Source: a virus. Taken from it: a stretch of 64,000 nucleotides of DNA. The notes under the pieces were generated by a model, which saw nothing but the letters and a program-made list of their open reading frames with translations, had not been told where the DNA came from and did no database searches. Shown here one piece after another: positions 52,586 through 62,047 of this stretch (positions are counted from its first letter, which is position 1; each line of letters begins with the position of its first letter). Location: the IMG/VR virus record IMGVR_UViG_3300042462_000689, one strand, 5' to 3'. Made by a program: the position numbers and the translations under genes.

Positions 52586-55500
52586 ATGCCAACGGACAAT
52601 TCACCAATCACCCTGCCCACCGGCGTCGTCCTGCGCGCCCCGGAGGATTTCGACACCCTGCGCACCAGCATTTACGACACCGCGAAGAAGGGCCTGGAAT
52701 CCTCCTTTCCGACGTCCTACAACGGCGTGCGCATGGAATTGAAGGACGTGCATTACGCCGATCCGGATGACTTCCCGCTGGATGTGCAAAAGCAGGCCAT
52801 GCTCACGGACAAATCCCTCGGCCGCCGGCTGCGGGGCTCCGTGCATCTCTACGATGACAATACCGGCGACCTGCTGGACAAGCGGGACATGACGCTGATG
52901 ACGGTGCCGCATATGACTGAGCGGGGCACGTTCGTGAACGCGGGCAGTGACTACGCGCATGTAAATCAGGCCAGGCTCTTGCACGGCGCCTACAGCCGCC
53001 GGATGCAGAATGGCAACCTGAGCACTTCCGTGAACGCCAAGACCGGCACCGGTCCCGCCTTCCAGGTCGAGTTCGAGCCGACGACGGCGCAATACCGGAT
53101 GCACATCCGCGGCAGCAATCTGCATCTCTATTCCCTGCTCCATGACATCGGCATCCCCGATGAGCAATTGGAGAAGACCTGGGGCCCTGAGCTGCTGGAT
53201 CGTAATCGAAAGAAATACGACGCGCGGGTCATTAGCAAAGCCTACGAGCATTTGGTCGCCCCCCGACACAAGCTGCCCGAGCACACACCCGAGGATCGCG
53301 TCAAAGCCATCCATACGGCATTGGACTCCGTGCGGGTGCACCGGGATGCCATCGGCAAAACGCTGCCGGTCCTGCTCGGCGGCAAATCAGCCACGGCATG
53401 GCGGGCGAAGATGAGCGTCCGGCAGGCCGACTTCGAAAAGGAAATCTTCGCCCCTTCAATTCCACCACATGAGGCAATGGGCATGGGATTTGAAATGGCG
53501 CACCCGGAGATCTTTTTTGAGGTCGCCGGGGATTGTGAAGTGCCGGTGTTTGAAAAGCTGGCCAGCGCCAAATCCGAATCCGAAGCCAAAGGCTTTGAAC
53601 CCGACCTGGATGCCGATGGTATGCGCGAGGCCTACAATGCCGTGTATGCCAAGGCAGGCCCGCGGCTGGCAGGCATGAAGCAATGGCCGAAGCACTGGTT
53701 TACGGACGAGGGCGATCCGCTCGGCTGGATTTCGTGGTATTGTCGATACGCCGATGGAGCGCGCGGTCCGGACGACGAGCGTCAAATCAACCGCTGGAAA
53801 TCCTTCAAGGCGCGCAGCGTGCCACGCTTCATCAAGAACCCCACAGCCCGGCAGGCATTTGCGCTGCGGTATTGGGCAATCGACCCGCTGCCGCTGATTA
53901 CGGATGCCGATGCACGGAAGCAATTGAAGGAGGACATGAAGGAGCACCAGGCGGCGGAGATGCGGAAGTTCTCGGAGCGGGCGTGTGATGATTATCCCAA
54001 ATTGGAGCGTGAGAAGGAGGCCAGTGTGTTGGCGGTTGGTGTTGTCCCTCCGCCCAGAGACCTACCCGAATGGCAACTCGGCCTCATCAAATACGCACGG
54101 GCAAATGCGCCCAAGGATCCGGAGAAGCCCAATCCTGAATACAAGGGATGCCTGATGGCCCGACTGCAATTGTCCGACGCGAAGAAGATCATCGAATGGG
54201 CCGAGGAGAACATCCCGGAAGATCAATTGGCGGAGGACGGATTTGAACGCGAAATTCACTGTACAGCCCTATTCGGGATCCATCAAAGCGTCACGAAGGA
54301 GCTGCTCGAATCCGCCGTGAAGGAAATCATGAAGGACGCCGGCGGTTCGCTGATCCTGCAATTGAAGGAGATCCATCGGTTTCCTGCCAGCGAGCATCGC
54401 AACAGCGACGTCATTGTCCTGAAGTGCGAGTCGCCGTGGCTGGAGGAATTGCACTACGGGCTGATCGAGAAGCTGGGGGACAAGGTGCAGGTCACGTATC
54501 CTGATTACACCCCACATGTCACCGTGGCATACGTTAAGCCCGGAGCATTGAAGCATCTCGATGACAGCCAGGTGTTCGATGGGCAATTGCTGCCGCTGAG
54601 TCCTTTGATTTACTCGATTGCGGATCGCACTGCGAAACATGAAATTGAGATGTTCGATTCCAAGATGGAAAAGGACGCAGCGGAAGTTCCAATGTTTGGG
54701 GATCAGCCGGCCCATGAGGTCGTCAGTCCCGGCGGGGCTCGCTCATCTCATCAATTCACGACCAGCAGCGGGTCTCGTTATATCATGGGCGAGGATGGTT
54801 CTTCCCGCAGAATTAAGTCCTTCCATGCCAACACAGGTGGGGCAGATGTAGGCTTGAAACCGTGGCAGGAGAACATCCGATTTGTAGACCCGAAGAATCC
54901 TCATTTTTCTACAGACGTCGGGCGACTTCAAGAGTTGGGGCATCACGTGCATCTGGCCCCAAGTGGCGAACAAATGGGTGTGAATATTTATGACCAGGCC
55001 GCGCAGAAGTGGAGGCCTGCTACTATTGCAGATGCGAGACCGAAGGCTGTCGCGGCCGGAATCCTCAAAGGCGGAGAGGCACCGCTGCGCGCGGGGATAT
55101 CGGCAATCCCACAGCCAGGATCGCACGTGCTGGAGTGGAACAATCATTCCGACGGGCGCCTAAAGAGCGTACACCCCGGCAGCCCGGTTGCACAGACGGA
55201 GTGGGCAAGGCCGCCTGCGGCGACCACAACCCCAGCCACCCCAGCCCCAGCGCCTGCGTCAGCCGCCGCCCCAGCCGCCGCCCCAGCCGCCGCCAATGCC
55301 GTCACGGCCACCAAAGCGGTAGCTCCAATTGCGCCAGCCGCCTCAGCCGCCCCAACCGGCCTCAAACCTCTTGCGGCTCTAAAGGGTACTGCTGGCGCTC
55401 TCGATGGGGGTGCGGTGAGGGCGGCAGGTCGGGCCTTGGGAACTGGTGTAAAGATTGTTGGTGCGGTTGCCAGGCCCTTGTCTGCCATCACCACAGTAAA

Positions 55501-56659
55501 TGACCTTTATCAATCAGCGACGAATCCTAGAGGTGCTGCAAAAGATTTTAATGACAATTGGAATAAGGCAGGCCCGATCGGCCGTACGCTGTCCGTGATC
55601 GGCAGTCCAATTGCAGCGCTGAATGCGCAGGCTGAGAATCACGAGGAGAATCGGGACCGGCTGCAAGACGCCCAACGTAGAAGCTCAATTCTTCCGATTC
55701 ATCCACCGGACCCGGTATTCCCTCGACCTACGCAGCAATCAGATCCAAGAGCATTAACCCCGAGACCCCGCCCAGCACCGACGCCAGCACCGACGCCAGC
55801 ACCGACGCCAGCCGTCCCCCCGGCACCCAAACCCACAACTCCGACCGGTTCTGGTTTTGTAGGGGCGCCACCCATTCCCAAACCTCCAGCGCCAGAACCC
55901 ATCATGGCCGGGGGTCTCAGCAAGACCACCACGCCGTCGATCGGCAAGATCGCCGCTGCCCAGCAAGGCTGGCCTCCAGTCGCTATACAGGAACTTCAGG
56001 CACGCTTCGCCGCTGACCAGAAAGCACGCGCGGGTGTCAATCCAACCACCATGACTGCAGAAGCCGCACAACAGACGGAATCGGGCATGGCGAAAACGGA
56101 TCGCGACAACACGGCATGGCTTCAATCCAACATCGGAAAATACGGCTGGCCCACTGGCGCCCCCGCGAATCAGGCTTGGTTGCTGGCACAGCATGCGGAT
56201 CACGATCCGAAGTTTCAGGCCGTCGTGTTGGAGAAGATGCAGGCTGTGTCGAAGAATCTCCAACATCCGGAGCATCTGTCCAACGTGGCGTATCTGACGG
56301 ACCGAGTGGCCGTGAATAATAAACAACCGCAGCTTTACGGCACGCAACTGAATCATCAGTGGGATCCCGTGAAAAACACATTTTCGAATCCGACACCGCA
56401 CCCAATTAGCGATGCCGCAAACTTGGATGCGCGACGTAAGTCCATGGGGATGGGACCGCACGTCGATTATTTGAAAACGCGTGCACCTGCCGCACCCGCC
56501 CCTACTCCCACGCCACAGCCCGCAGCACCGCCAGCTTCTGCACCGCCGCCGACACCCAGCGGGACAGTACCGAAAGCGCCCACCGCTCCCATGTCGTCAA
56601 TTAAGGGTGTGCCGGGTGCAGTAAAATCCGCAGCCGCAAATGCAGAGGATTCCAAATGA
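52586..56659 (+). CDS. multidomain polyprotein: RNAP beta N-terminal fragment, GWxxWYCRY domain, 2H phosphodiesterase, unknown domain and DUF6624-like domain
   Basis: LRGSV...MTVPHMTERGTFV...VNQ (RpoB region 1); HCT and HVT 2H motifs; YGWP...AWLLAQHAD...AYLTDR...QLYGTQ (DUF6624). Confidence 0.85.
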   Translation: MPTDNSPITLPTGVVLRAPEDFDTLRTSIYDTAKKGLESSFPTSYNGVRMELKDVHYADPDDFPLDVQKQAMLTDKSLGRRLRGSVHLYDDNTGDLLDKRDMTLMTVPHMTERGTFVNAGSDYAHVNQARLLHGAYSRRMQNGNLSTSVNAKTGTGPAFQVEFEPTTAQYRMHIRGSNLHLYSLLHDIGIPDEQLEKTWGPELLDRNRKKYDARVISKAYEHLVAPRHKLPEHTPEDRVKAIHTALDSVRVHRDAIGKTLPVLLGGKSATAWRAKMSVRQADFEKEIFAPSIPPHEAMGMGFEMAHPEIFFEVAGDCEVPVFEKLASAKSESEAKGFEPDLDADGMREAYNAVYAKAGPRLAGMKQWPKHWFTDEGDPLGWISWYCRYADGARGPDDERQINRWKSFKARSVPRFIKNPTARQAFALRYWAIDPLPLITDADARKQLKEDMKEHQAAEMRKFSERACDDYPKLEREKEASVLAVGVVPPPRDLPEWQLGLIKYARANAPKDPEKPNPEYKGCLMARLQLSDAKKIIEWAEENIPEDQLAEDGFEREIHCTALFGIHQSVTKELLESAVKEIMKDAGGSLILQLKEIHRFPASEHRNSDVIVLKCESPWLEELHYGLIEKLGDKVQVTYPDYTPHVTVAYVKPGALKHLDDSQVFDGQLLPLSPLIYSIADRTAKHEIEMFDSKMEKDAAEVPMFGDQPAHEVVSPGGARSSHQFTTSSGSRYIMGEDGSSRRIKSFHANTGGADVGLKPWQENIRFVDPKNPHFSTDVGRLQELGHHVHLAPSGEQMGVNIYDQAAQKWRPATIADARPKAVAAGILKGGEAPLRAGISAIPQPGSHVLEWNNHSDGRLKSVHPGSPVAQTEWARPPAATTTPATPAPAPASAAAPAAAPAAANAVTATKAVAPIAPAASAAPTGLKPLAALKGTAGALDGGAVRAAGRALGTGVKIVGAVARPLSAITTVNDLYQSATNPRGAAKDFNDNWNKAGPIGRTLSVIGSPIAALNAQAENHEENRDRLQDAQRRSSILPIHPPDPVFPRPTQQSDPRALTPRPRPAPTPAPTPAPTPAVPPAPKPTTPTGSGFVGAPPIPKPPAPEPIMAGGLSKTTTPSIGKIAAAQQGWPPVAIQELQARFAADQKARAGVNPTTMTAEAAQQTESGMAKTDRDNTAWLQSNIGKYGWPTGAPANQAWLLAQHADHDPKFQAVVLEKMQAVSKNLQHPEHLSNVAYLTDRVAVNNKQPQLYGTQLNHQWDPVKNTFSNPTPHPISDAANLDARRKSMGMGPHVDYLKTRAPAAPAPTPTPQPAAPPASAPPPTPSGTVPKAPTAPMSSIKGVPGAVKSAAANAEDSK

Positions 56660-57384
56660 TCTCAAAACGCGACCTCAATTCACTTTCCCGCAAGCGCAAC
56701 CAGCCCGTCAAAAGGGCGGCCTCGATAAAGCCGAAGCCCGCCCAGCCGGTCTCCCCGCAGGAACCGGAGGATCCAGACTACGTCCCATTTGGCGTGAAGG
56801 GTGTGCTGGGAGCCACGGAGCGCCTGCTGGCCGTCAGCCGCGGACTCGATGAACCTGACAACCGGGACAGCTACGGCTTCAAACGCATTTGGGGCGTGGA
56901 CAAACATCTCGGCGAACGCATCCGTCTCGATGCCGGCAAAATCCGCCGGCAGCAAATCCGCACGGCTGCCAAATTGCGATCCCTCAAGGGCACCCATCCA
57001 TTTGCTTTCGATACCTACACTCGTGGCCTGATTCTCGGAGATCCCGGCGAGGCCAATCCTCTCAGCTCGCCCCTGGAGGAAATCAATCCATTGCATTTGC
57101 TGGAGCAGGCGCGTCGCATTACGCAAATGGGGCCTGGGGGGATTCAGTCGTCGCAGGCGATAACGGCCGACGGACAGAACGTCTCGGCATCTCAATTCGG
57201 ATTTGTGTCCTCGATCGCTGGACCAGAATCAGAAAAGATCGGCATCGACGCCCGCCTCGCCCATGGAGTTCGAATTGGGTCCGACGGTCAATTGTATCAG
57301 CAGTTCAAAAATTCGCGGACCAAGCAATTGGAGTGGAAGACGCCCGGCGAGATTGAGCATCTTACAGTTCGCATCCCGGACTAA
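56656..57384 (+). CDS. rpoB: RNA polymerase beta subunit, middle (fork-loop) fragment
   Basis: EEINPL...RRITQMGPGGI...VSASQFGFV...PESEKIGI matches RpoB NPL...RR.SALGPGG...H..HYGR.CP.ETPEG..IG. Confidence 0.88.
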   Translation: MISKRDLNSLSRKRNQPVKRAASIKPKPAQPVSPQEPEDPDYVPFGVKGVLGATERLLAVSRGLDEPDNRDSYGFKRIWGVDKHLGERIRLDAGKIRRQQIRTAAKLRSLKGTHPFAFDTYTRGLILGDPGEANPLSSPLEEINPLHLLEQARRITQMGPGGIQSSQAITADGQNVSASQFGFVSSIAGPESEKIGIDARLAHGVRIGSDGQLYQQFKNSRTKQLEWKTPGEIEHLTVRIPD

Positions 57385-57392
57385 ATTGGTAT

Positions 57393-57421
57393 TTGACGAC
57401 GATGTGTGTTTTGCAGATGAT
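57393..57421 (+). promoter_or_regulatory. sigma-70-like promoter candidate
   Basis: TTGACG-N17-GATGAT, 43 nt before the next ATG. Confidence 0.35.
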
Positions 57422-57463
57422 GCTTCCAGCAATCACGCAATTCTCTAAAACACCCATCCACAA

Positions 57464-58573
57464 ATGATCGTCCAAAACATCAGCGGCCGCAAACTCAGCA
57501 TCTCCATCGGGAACGTGTCTGCGGATCTCATCAGCAATCAGACCACGAGCGCAGGCACCTTTCCGGACACGGAGCAGGCCGCGGCGGACGCGGAGAAATA
57601 TCGCAAGCTCGGCTACATCAAGGTGCTGTCCTCGGCCCTCGAAGCCGAAGGCGACCTCGATGTGCCGGCTGGCTACCTCCTTTCGGCGACCGGCCTCCCG
57701 GTGGTTCTGAAGGCGGCCACTGGCACGCTCACCATCACCAGCACGGGTCCGGCGGCAGACGAGACTTTCGCAATTGACGGCACGACTTTCACTTTCAAGG
57801 TGTCTGCCGCCACTGCGACCGAAGTCACTATCAGCACGACCCCAGCAACGCAGGCTGCGAACATTGTTTCCAAGGTGAATGCGCAGATGACCACGGTCAC
57901 TGCAGCCAATGTGCTGGGTGTGGTTACGTTCACGGCGGTGACTCGCGGTACTGCGGGCAATTCGATTGCTCTGGCGGAGTCAGCGGCCAATGTGGCGAAG
58001 TCCGACACTACCCTCACCGGCGGGACTGCCCACGGCGCAGAGAATGTCACGGTCAACGGCGTGGTTTTTGAGGCGTGCGCCCAGGTCGGCGATGTCAGCG
58101 ACAGCAGCTACGTTCCCGTGCTGATCGGCGCGACTGCCAGCTCCTGGCTCACCAATCTGCAGACGGCGGTGAACGCCAACACTACCCTCATCGCTGCGCA
58201 GGTGCAGGCGCAGAGCCTCATCACCATCGTGGCGGCAACTGATGTGCGCCTGACTATTCAGGGCAACGGCAGCACGGCGGCCTCGGTCACAGCGGGCGTC
58301 ACCAACCTCGCCATCGCCTCGGTCGCGGCGGTCAACCGCACAGCGGGCGTTCCTGTGATGGAGGACTTCGCGGTTACGGGCACTACGGCACTCGTGAACA
58401 CTGGCCTTCGCACCATCGACCGTCTCGTCGTGCAGGCCAAGACTTCTGCCAACGCACTCAAGCCGCTGGACGGCACGCTGACAATCGGCGGCGGCCTGTT
58501 CTACATCACCGGCGGTTCCGCTGGCATCCTCGCGAACGGCGACACGCTGACCTACATCGCGGAGGGCGTGTAG
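57464..58573 (+). CDS. Thr/Ala/Val-rich putative structural protein
   Basis: 369 aa, beta-rich low-charge composition typical of decoration/fibre proteins. Confidence 0.7.
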   Translation: MIVQNISGRKLSISIGNVSADLISNQTTSAGTFPDTEQAAADAEKYRKLGYIKVLSSALEAEGDLDVPAGYLLSATGLPVVLKAATGTLTITSTGPAADETFAIDGTTFTFKVSAATATEVTISTTPATQAANIVSKVNAQMTTVTAANVLGVVTFTAVTRGTAGNSIALAESAANVAKSDTTLTGGTAHGAENVTVNGVVFEACAQVGDVSDSSYVPVLIGATASSWLTNLQTAVNANTTLIAAQVQAQSLITIVAATDVRLTIQGNGSTAASVTAGVTNLAIASVAAVNRTAGVPVMEDFAVTGTTALVNTGLRTIDRLVVQAKTSANALKPLDGTLTIGGGLFYITGGSAGILANGDTLTYIAEGV

Positions 58574-58646
58574 TCCATTTGATTTCAACTCCAAACCATA
58601 AAATTAAATGACACACGCTGACCAAGTAAAAGCCCACAACTACGCA

Positions 58647-58778
58647 ATGAACACGCATCTGCTTGCCGCCGGCAAGTCGGAGGCGTTCGTCAAAGCCGCC
58701 CTCGCCAAATTCCCGGAAGTGCAGAAGGCTCGCGTCTCGCGCTCCTCGCACATCGCGAAGACGCTCCTCGGCGCGTAG
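58647..58778 (+). CDS. small protein (43 aa, MNTHLLAAGKSEAFVKAALAKF...)
   Basis: Translated by hand; A/C-rich leader; contains VKAA. Confidence 0.5.
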   Translation: MNTHLLAAGKSEAFVKAALAKFPEVQKARVSRSSHIAKTLLGA

Positions 58779-58831
58779 TTCGTCGAAGATTCCCATTGCC
58801 GAAATCACGCCGCGGTCTTTAGGCTGTCGGC

Positions 58832-59497
58832 GTGATTTTGCGTACTGACGACAGCTCGATTCAACAATTCAAGAATGCCCTGCGCGATGCGCTGAGCAAC
58901 CGGAGGATCCCATTGTACCAGCTTGCCGAGGCAGGGAAGGTGCATCGGAAGACATTTGGTGAATGGCTCAGTAGCAAACGAAAACCGAGACCAAGCTCCA
59001 TGCGTCGTTGCAGCGAAAACCTGCAATTGAACTGGGAGCGCAAATCCAAATCCACCAGCAGACATCCGCCACGCGGACCGCTGGAGGAAGCAATCAAGCG
59101 CAGCCGGGAAAAGCTCGCTACCCGAGGAGCATGTTACGCCGTAGAGGATGTGGGTATCCGGGTGGCCGCCAGGCTGCGCGACGCCGGCATTCCACTGAAG
59201 GTGGAGACGCATTACACGGATGACGCCCCCTGCGTGATCATGGTCATCGACAACTGTGCGTTTATTTCAGGCGCCATGCATTTCAGCGTCCACGCCCATG
59301 CGGGTTCCATCAATTACGAGCTGGGGACTGTGGACTTCGTCACCGCTCAAAGCATCCGTCACCTCTTCGGCGCGCTGAGCGCAAAGGCCGTGGATGCCGC
59401 AATTGATTTTATTTTGAAGGCAGCACGCAAACACAAAGGGGATCGCAATCCCCTGCAAGACCTAGACTCCAAGCTGGAGGAAGCAATTCACAACTGA
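58832..59497 (+). CDS. XRE/Cro-type HTH-domain protein
   Basis: LRDALSNRRIPLYQLAEAGKVHRKTFGEWLSSKRKP. Confidence 0.7.
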   Translation: MILRTDDSSIQQFKNALRDALSNRRIPLYQLAEAGKVHRKTFGEWLSSKRKPRPSSMRRCSENLQLNWERKSKSTSRHPPRGPLEEAIKRSREKLATRGACYAVEDVGIRVAARLRDAGIPLKVETHYTDDAPCVIMVIDNCAFISGAMHFSVHAHAGSINYELGTVDFVTAQSIRHLFGALSAKAVDAAIDFILKAARKHKGDRNPLQDLDSKLEEAIHN

Positions 59498-59501
59498 GCA
59501 T

Positions 59502-59966
59502 ATGACACACCTCGCAAACGAAGACCTGACACCCGACGCGGTAGTCGATCAGCACAACGCAGTCCTGGCAGCCTTGCGTCGGGCCGGGCAGTCCATGGGG
59601 GATGGGCAAGCGACTGATGACTACAATGCATCCGAGCCGTACAGCAACATCAGACTTTTACCCACCGAGCAGCGCAGCATTCCGCGACAGGAAATCCCCA
59701 CAATGAAGATCGCCCTGCAGCACCGGGACTTCACCATGCACCTGCAGGTCATTGACGTGTGCGTGGGGGAGGACCAAATCGGCGTCATCATGCCGGCCAG
59801 CCTCCACGTCGAGACCATCCGCAACAAGGCCAAGTTCGATTTGGTATTTGAGGAGCAGAGCTACCCCATCGCCTACTTCGGCGGTAATTTCACATTCACG
59901 GCAGCCGACCCGGAATTGCGGATGCTGACGTTCATGCGGCTTCCCACACCGACAACCAGTTCCTGA
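59502..59966 (+). CDS. hypothetical protein
   Basis: 154 aa. Confidence 0.7.
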   Translation: MTHLANEDLTPDAVVDQHNAVLAALRRAGQSMGDGQATDDYNASEPYSNIRLLPTEQRSIPRQEIPTMKIALQHRDFTMHLQVIDVCVGEDQIGVIMPASLHVETIRNKAKFDLVFEEQSYPIAYFGGNFTFTAADPELRMLTFMRLPTPTTSS

Positions 59967-60002
59967 TGGCGAAAGCCAATTGAAGCCGCTACACTCGGGG
60001 TC

Positions 60003-60185
60003 ATGATGACGAAATCTGCTGTCGTAACCAAGGACACTCCCTCCGTCGTGTCCGCCCGCCGCGGCACCGAGGTGCGTGACGGCGAGGCCGTACGCCGCGG
60101 GGAGCAATTGCCCGAGGTATATGCCCGCCCGCTGGAGAAAAATGCGGCGGTGCGCGTGAAGCCAATTCATTCCGAAGACCAGTAG
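60003..60185 (+). CDS. small hypothetical protein
   Basis: 60 aa, ends 3 nt before the portal ATG; TKSA motif. Confidence 0.55.
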   Translation: MMTKSAVVTKDTPSVVSARRGTEVRDGEAVRRGEQLPEVYARPLEKNAAVRVKPIHSEDQ

Positions 60186-60188
60186 CAC

Positions 60189-62042
60189 ATGCATTGTCCT
60201 GACATCGGCACGGAATTGGGATCGAAATTTGGGATGACCTTCAAGGGAGGGAAGGCCCAATTCGAGGATCCGTACATGATGGATGCGGCGCAGTATATGC
60301 CGCGCACGCTGGAGTCCGCTTTTGATTTCTGCGCGTTCCTTTACCATCTCAATCCCGCCTACAAACAGGCCAAGCATCGAATTGCCAGCTACTTCCTGGC
60401 GCCTGGCATTGAGTTCATCGGCGACAAGCACGGTGACAAAAAAGAGCAGGAGATGCTCACGGACATCCTGATCGATCAGGTGAACATCAAAGGGGAGTGC
60501 ACCATTGGTGGGATGGAATCGGCCGCCTACGGCAATACATTCTTCACACACTACAAACCATTTGACCGGATGCTCTATTTCCCGAAGGAGATGGAGAATC
60601 GAATTCCCGGCGAATGGCACGTCTCCATGTTCGAGGGCCTCGGTCCCGTCAAATATCTCTATAAGGAGATGATGTACGAGGTGATCGACCCGCGGGATGC
60701 AGGCAAGGCCATTGGCAAACGTCGCAAGGTCAGACTGGATTTCTACGACCGCGCCAGCAAGGACGTCAGCCGGTTCAAGCTCATCCGGGTTCCGGTGCAC
60801 GAGATGCATCTGGTCATCACCCCGATGCTGAACAACACGCGCTACGTGCGCAGGTTCTCGGAGCAAATCCGCCAGCAGATCACACAGGGCGACCCGTTCT
60901 ATTGCAACGACATGCCGATTGAGTTCCTGGAGGCGCTCTCGAAGAACGAGGATTTCCTGTACCACCCGGACCATATCTTCCACATGAAGTCTCCGACGAT
61001 CAATTGCCTGCGCAACTCGGCGTGGGGAATTCCGGAGACGCTGATCAATTACCGACAGCTGCATCATCTGCAGGTCATGCGTCGGATTGACGAGGCTGTG
61101 GCCCGCGACCGCGTGCTGCCATTGCGCATCATGGTTCCGAATCTTGCCGGGGCGGGAGACGTCATGCTGCAGGACATGCTCGGTTCCAATGTGCGCGGCG
61201 AGATCCGGGAGCTGATCGCCAATCATCGCCGCGACCCCTATGCGATTCATTCTTTGCCGTATCCGGTCTCCATGGTGCAGGCTGGCGGCGATGCCCAGGC
61301 GTTGGTGCAGAGTGCCAACATCGAGTATCACACCAACGCGCTGATGGATGCCATCGGCACCCCGGTGGAGCTGTATAAAGGCACCGTGGAGATTCAGAAC
61401 ATGCCATCGGCCTTCCGGTTGTTCGAGAGCCAGCATCAGTTCTATTATTATTCCTTCAACAAGGTGATTCGCTGGACGGCAGACGCCATTCAGGATGTGC
61501 GCGGTGCGGCGAGAATGCAGACCCGTCTCAGTCGTTCGCAAATGGCGGATCAATTGGAGGATCGCGGCATTTACATGCAGCTCATGGCTGGCGGTCAGAT
61601 TAGTTACGAGCGAGGGCTTGGGTCTGTGAATATCGAGGACCCTGTCGCAGAGAAAAAGAAGCGCGTGATGGAGGACATGGAAATCATGAAGATCACGGGA
61701 GATGCCCAGCGGGAATTTGAACTCCAGCAACAACAAGGCACTCTCCAAGACGCACCCCAGCAACCCGGAGCAACCCCCACAGCGGGATACGGCAATGCGC
61801 CTGGCGCTGGGGGCGCAGGCCCACAATCCACACCCATTGATGTCCAGAACAAAGCTCAGGAAATTGTGGAGCGTTGGAGAACGGCCCCTGACCAGGCGAC
61901 TAGGACGAAGGATATGGCTTCTGTGCGCGCCACGGATCCGGTGCTTGAGGGCTACTGCCAGCGGCTTTTCAAACAAGTCAAAGAACAAGGAGCATCGCAA
62001 GGGCGTGCCTCTGTGACACAGCCTCAGCAGCCCCAGCAGTAA
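60189..62042 (+). CDS. probable portal protein
   Basis: 617 aa; AAYGNTF, HMK...WGIP...EAVARDRVLP pattern and Gln/Pro-rich tail resembling large-phage portals. Confidence 0.65.
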   Translation: MHCPDIGTELGSKFGMTFKGGKAQFEDPYMMDAAQYMPRTLESAFDFCAFLYHLNPAYKQAKHRIASYFLAPGIEFIGDKHGDKKEQEMLTDILIDQVNIKGECTIGGMESAAYGNTFFTHYKPFDRMLYFPKEMENRIPGEWHVSMFEGLGPVKYLYKEMMYEVIDPRDAGKAIGKRRKVRLDFYDRASKDVSRFKLIRVPVHEMHLVITPMLNNTRYVRRFSEQIRQQITQGDPFYCNDMPIEFLEALSKNEDFLYHPDHIFHMKSPTINCLRNSAWGIPETLINYRQLHHLQVMRRIDEAVARDRVLPLRIMVPNLAGAGDVMLQDMLGSNVRGEIRELIANHRRDPYAIHSLPYPVSMVQAGGDAQALVQSANIEYHTNALMDAIGTPVELYKGTVEIQNMPSAFRLFESQHQFYYYSFNKVIRWTADAIQDVRGAARMQTRLSRSQMADQLEDRGIYMQLMAGGQISYERGLGSVNIEDPVAEKKKRVMEDMEIMKITGDAQREFELQQQQGTLQDAPQQPGATPTAGYGNAPGAGGAGPQSTPIDVQNKAQEIVERWRTAPDQATRTKDMASVRATDPVLEGYCQRLFKQVKEQGASQGRASVTQPQQPQQ

Positions 62043-62047
62043 ATCAA

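Noticed and set aside
55772-55807. 12-nt tandem repeat CCAGCACCGACG x3
   Set aside because: Simply encodes a PAPT low-complexity linker.
59658-62000. 780-aa minus-strand ORF
   Set aside because: Antisense shadow of the portal and upstream genes; no motifs, and expected from GC-rich codon bias.
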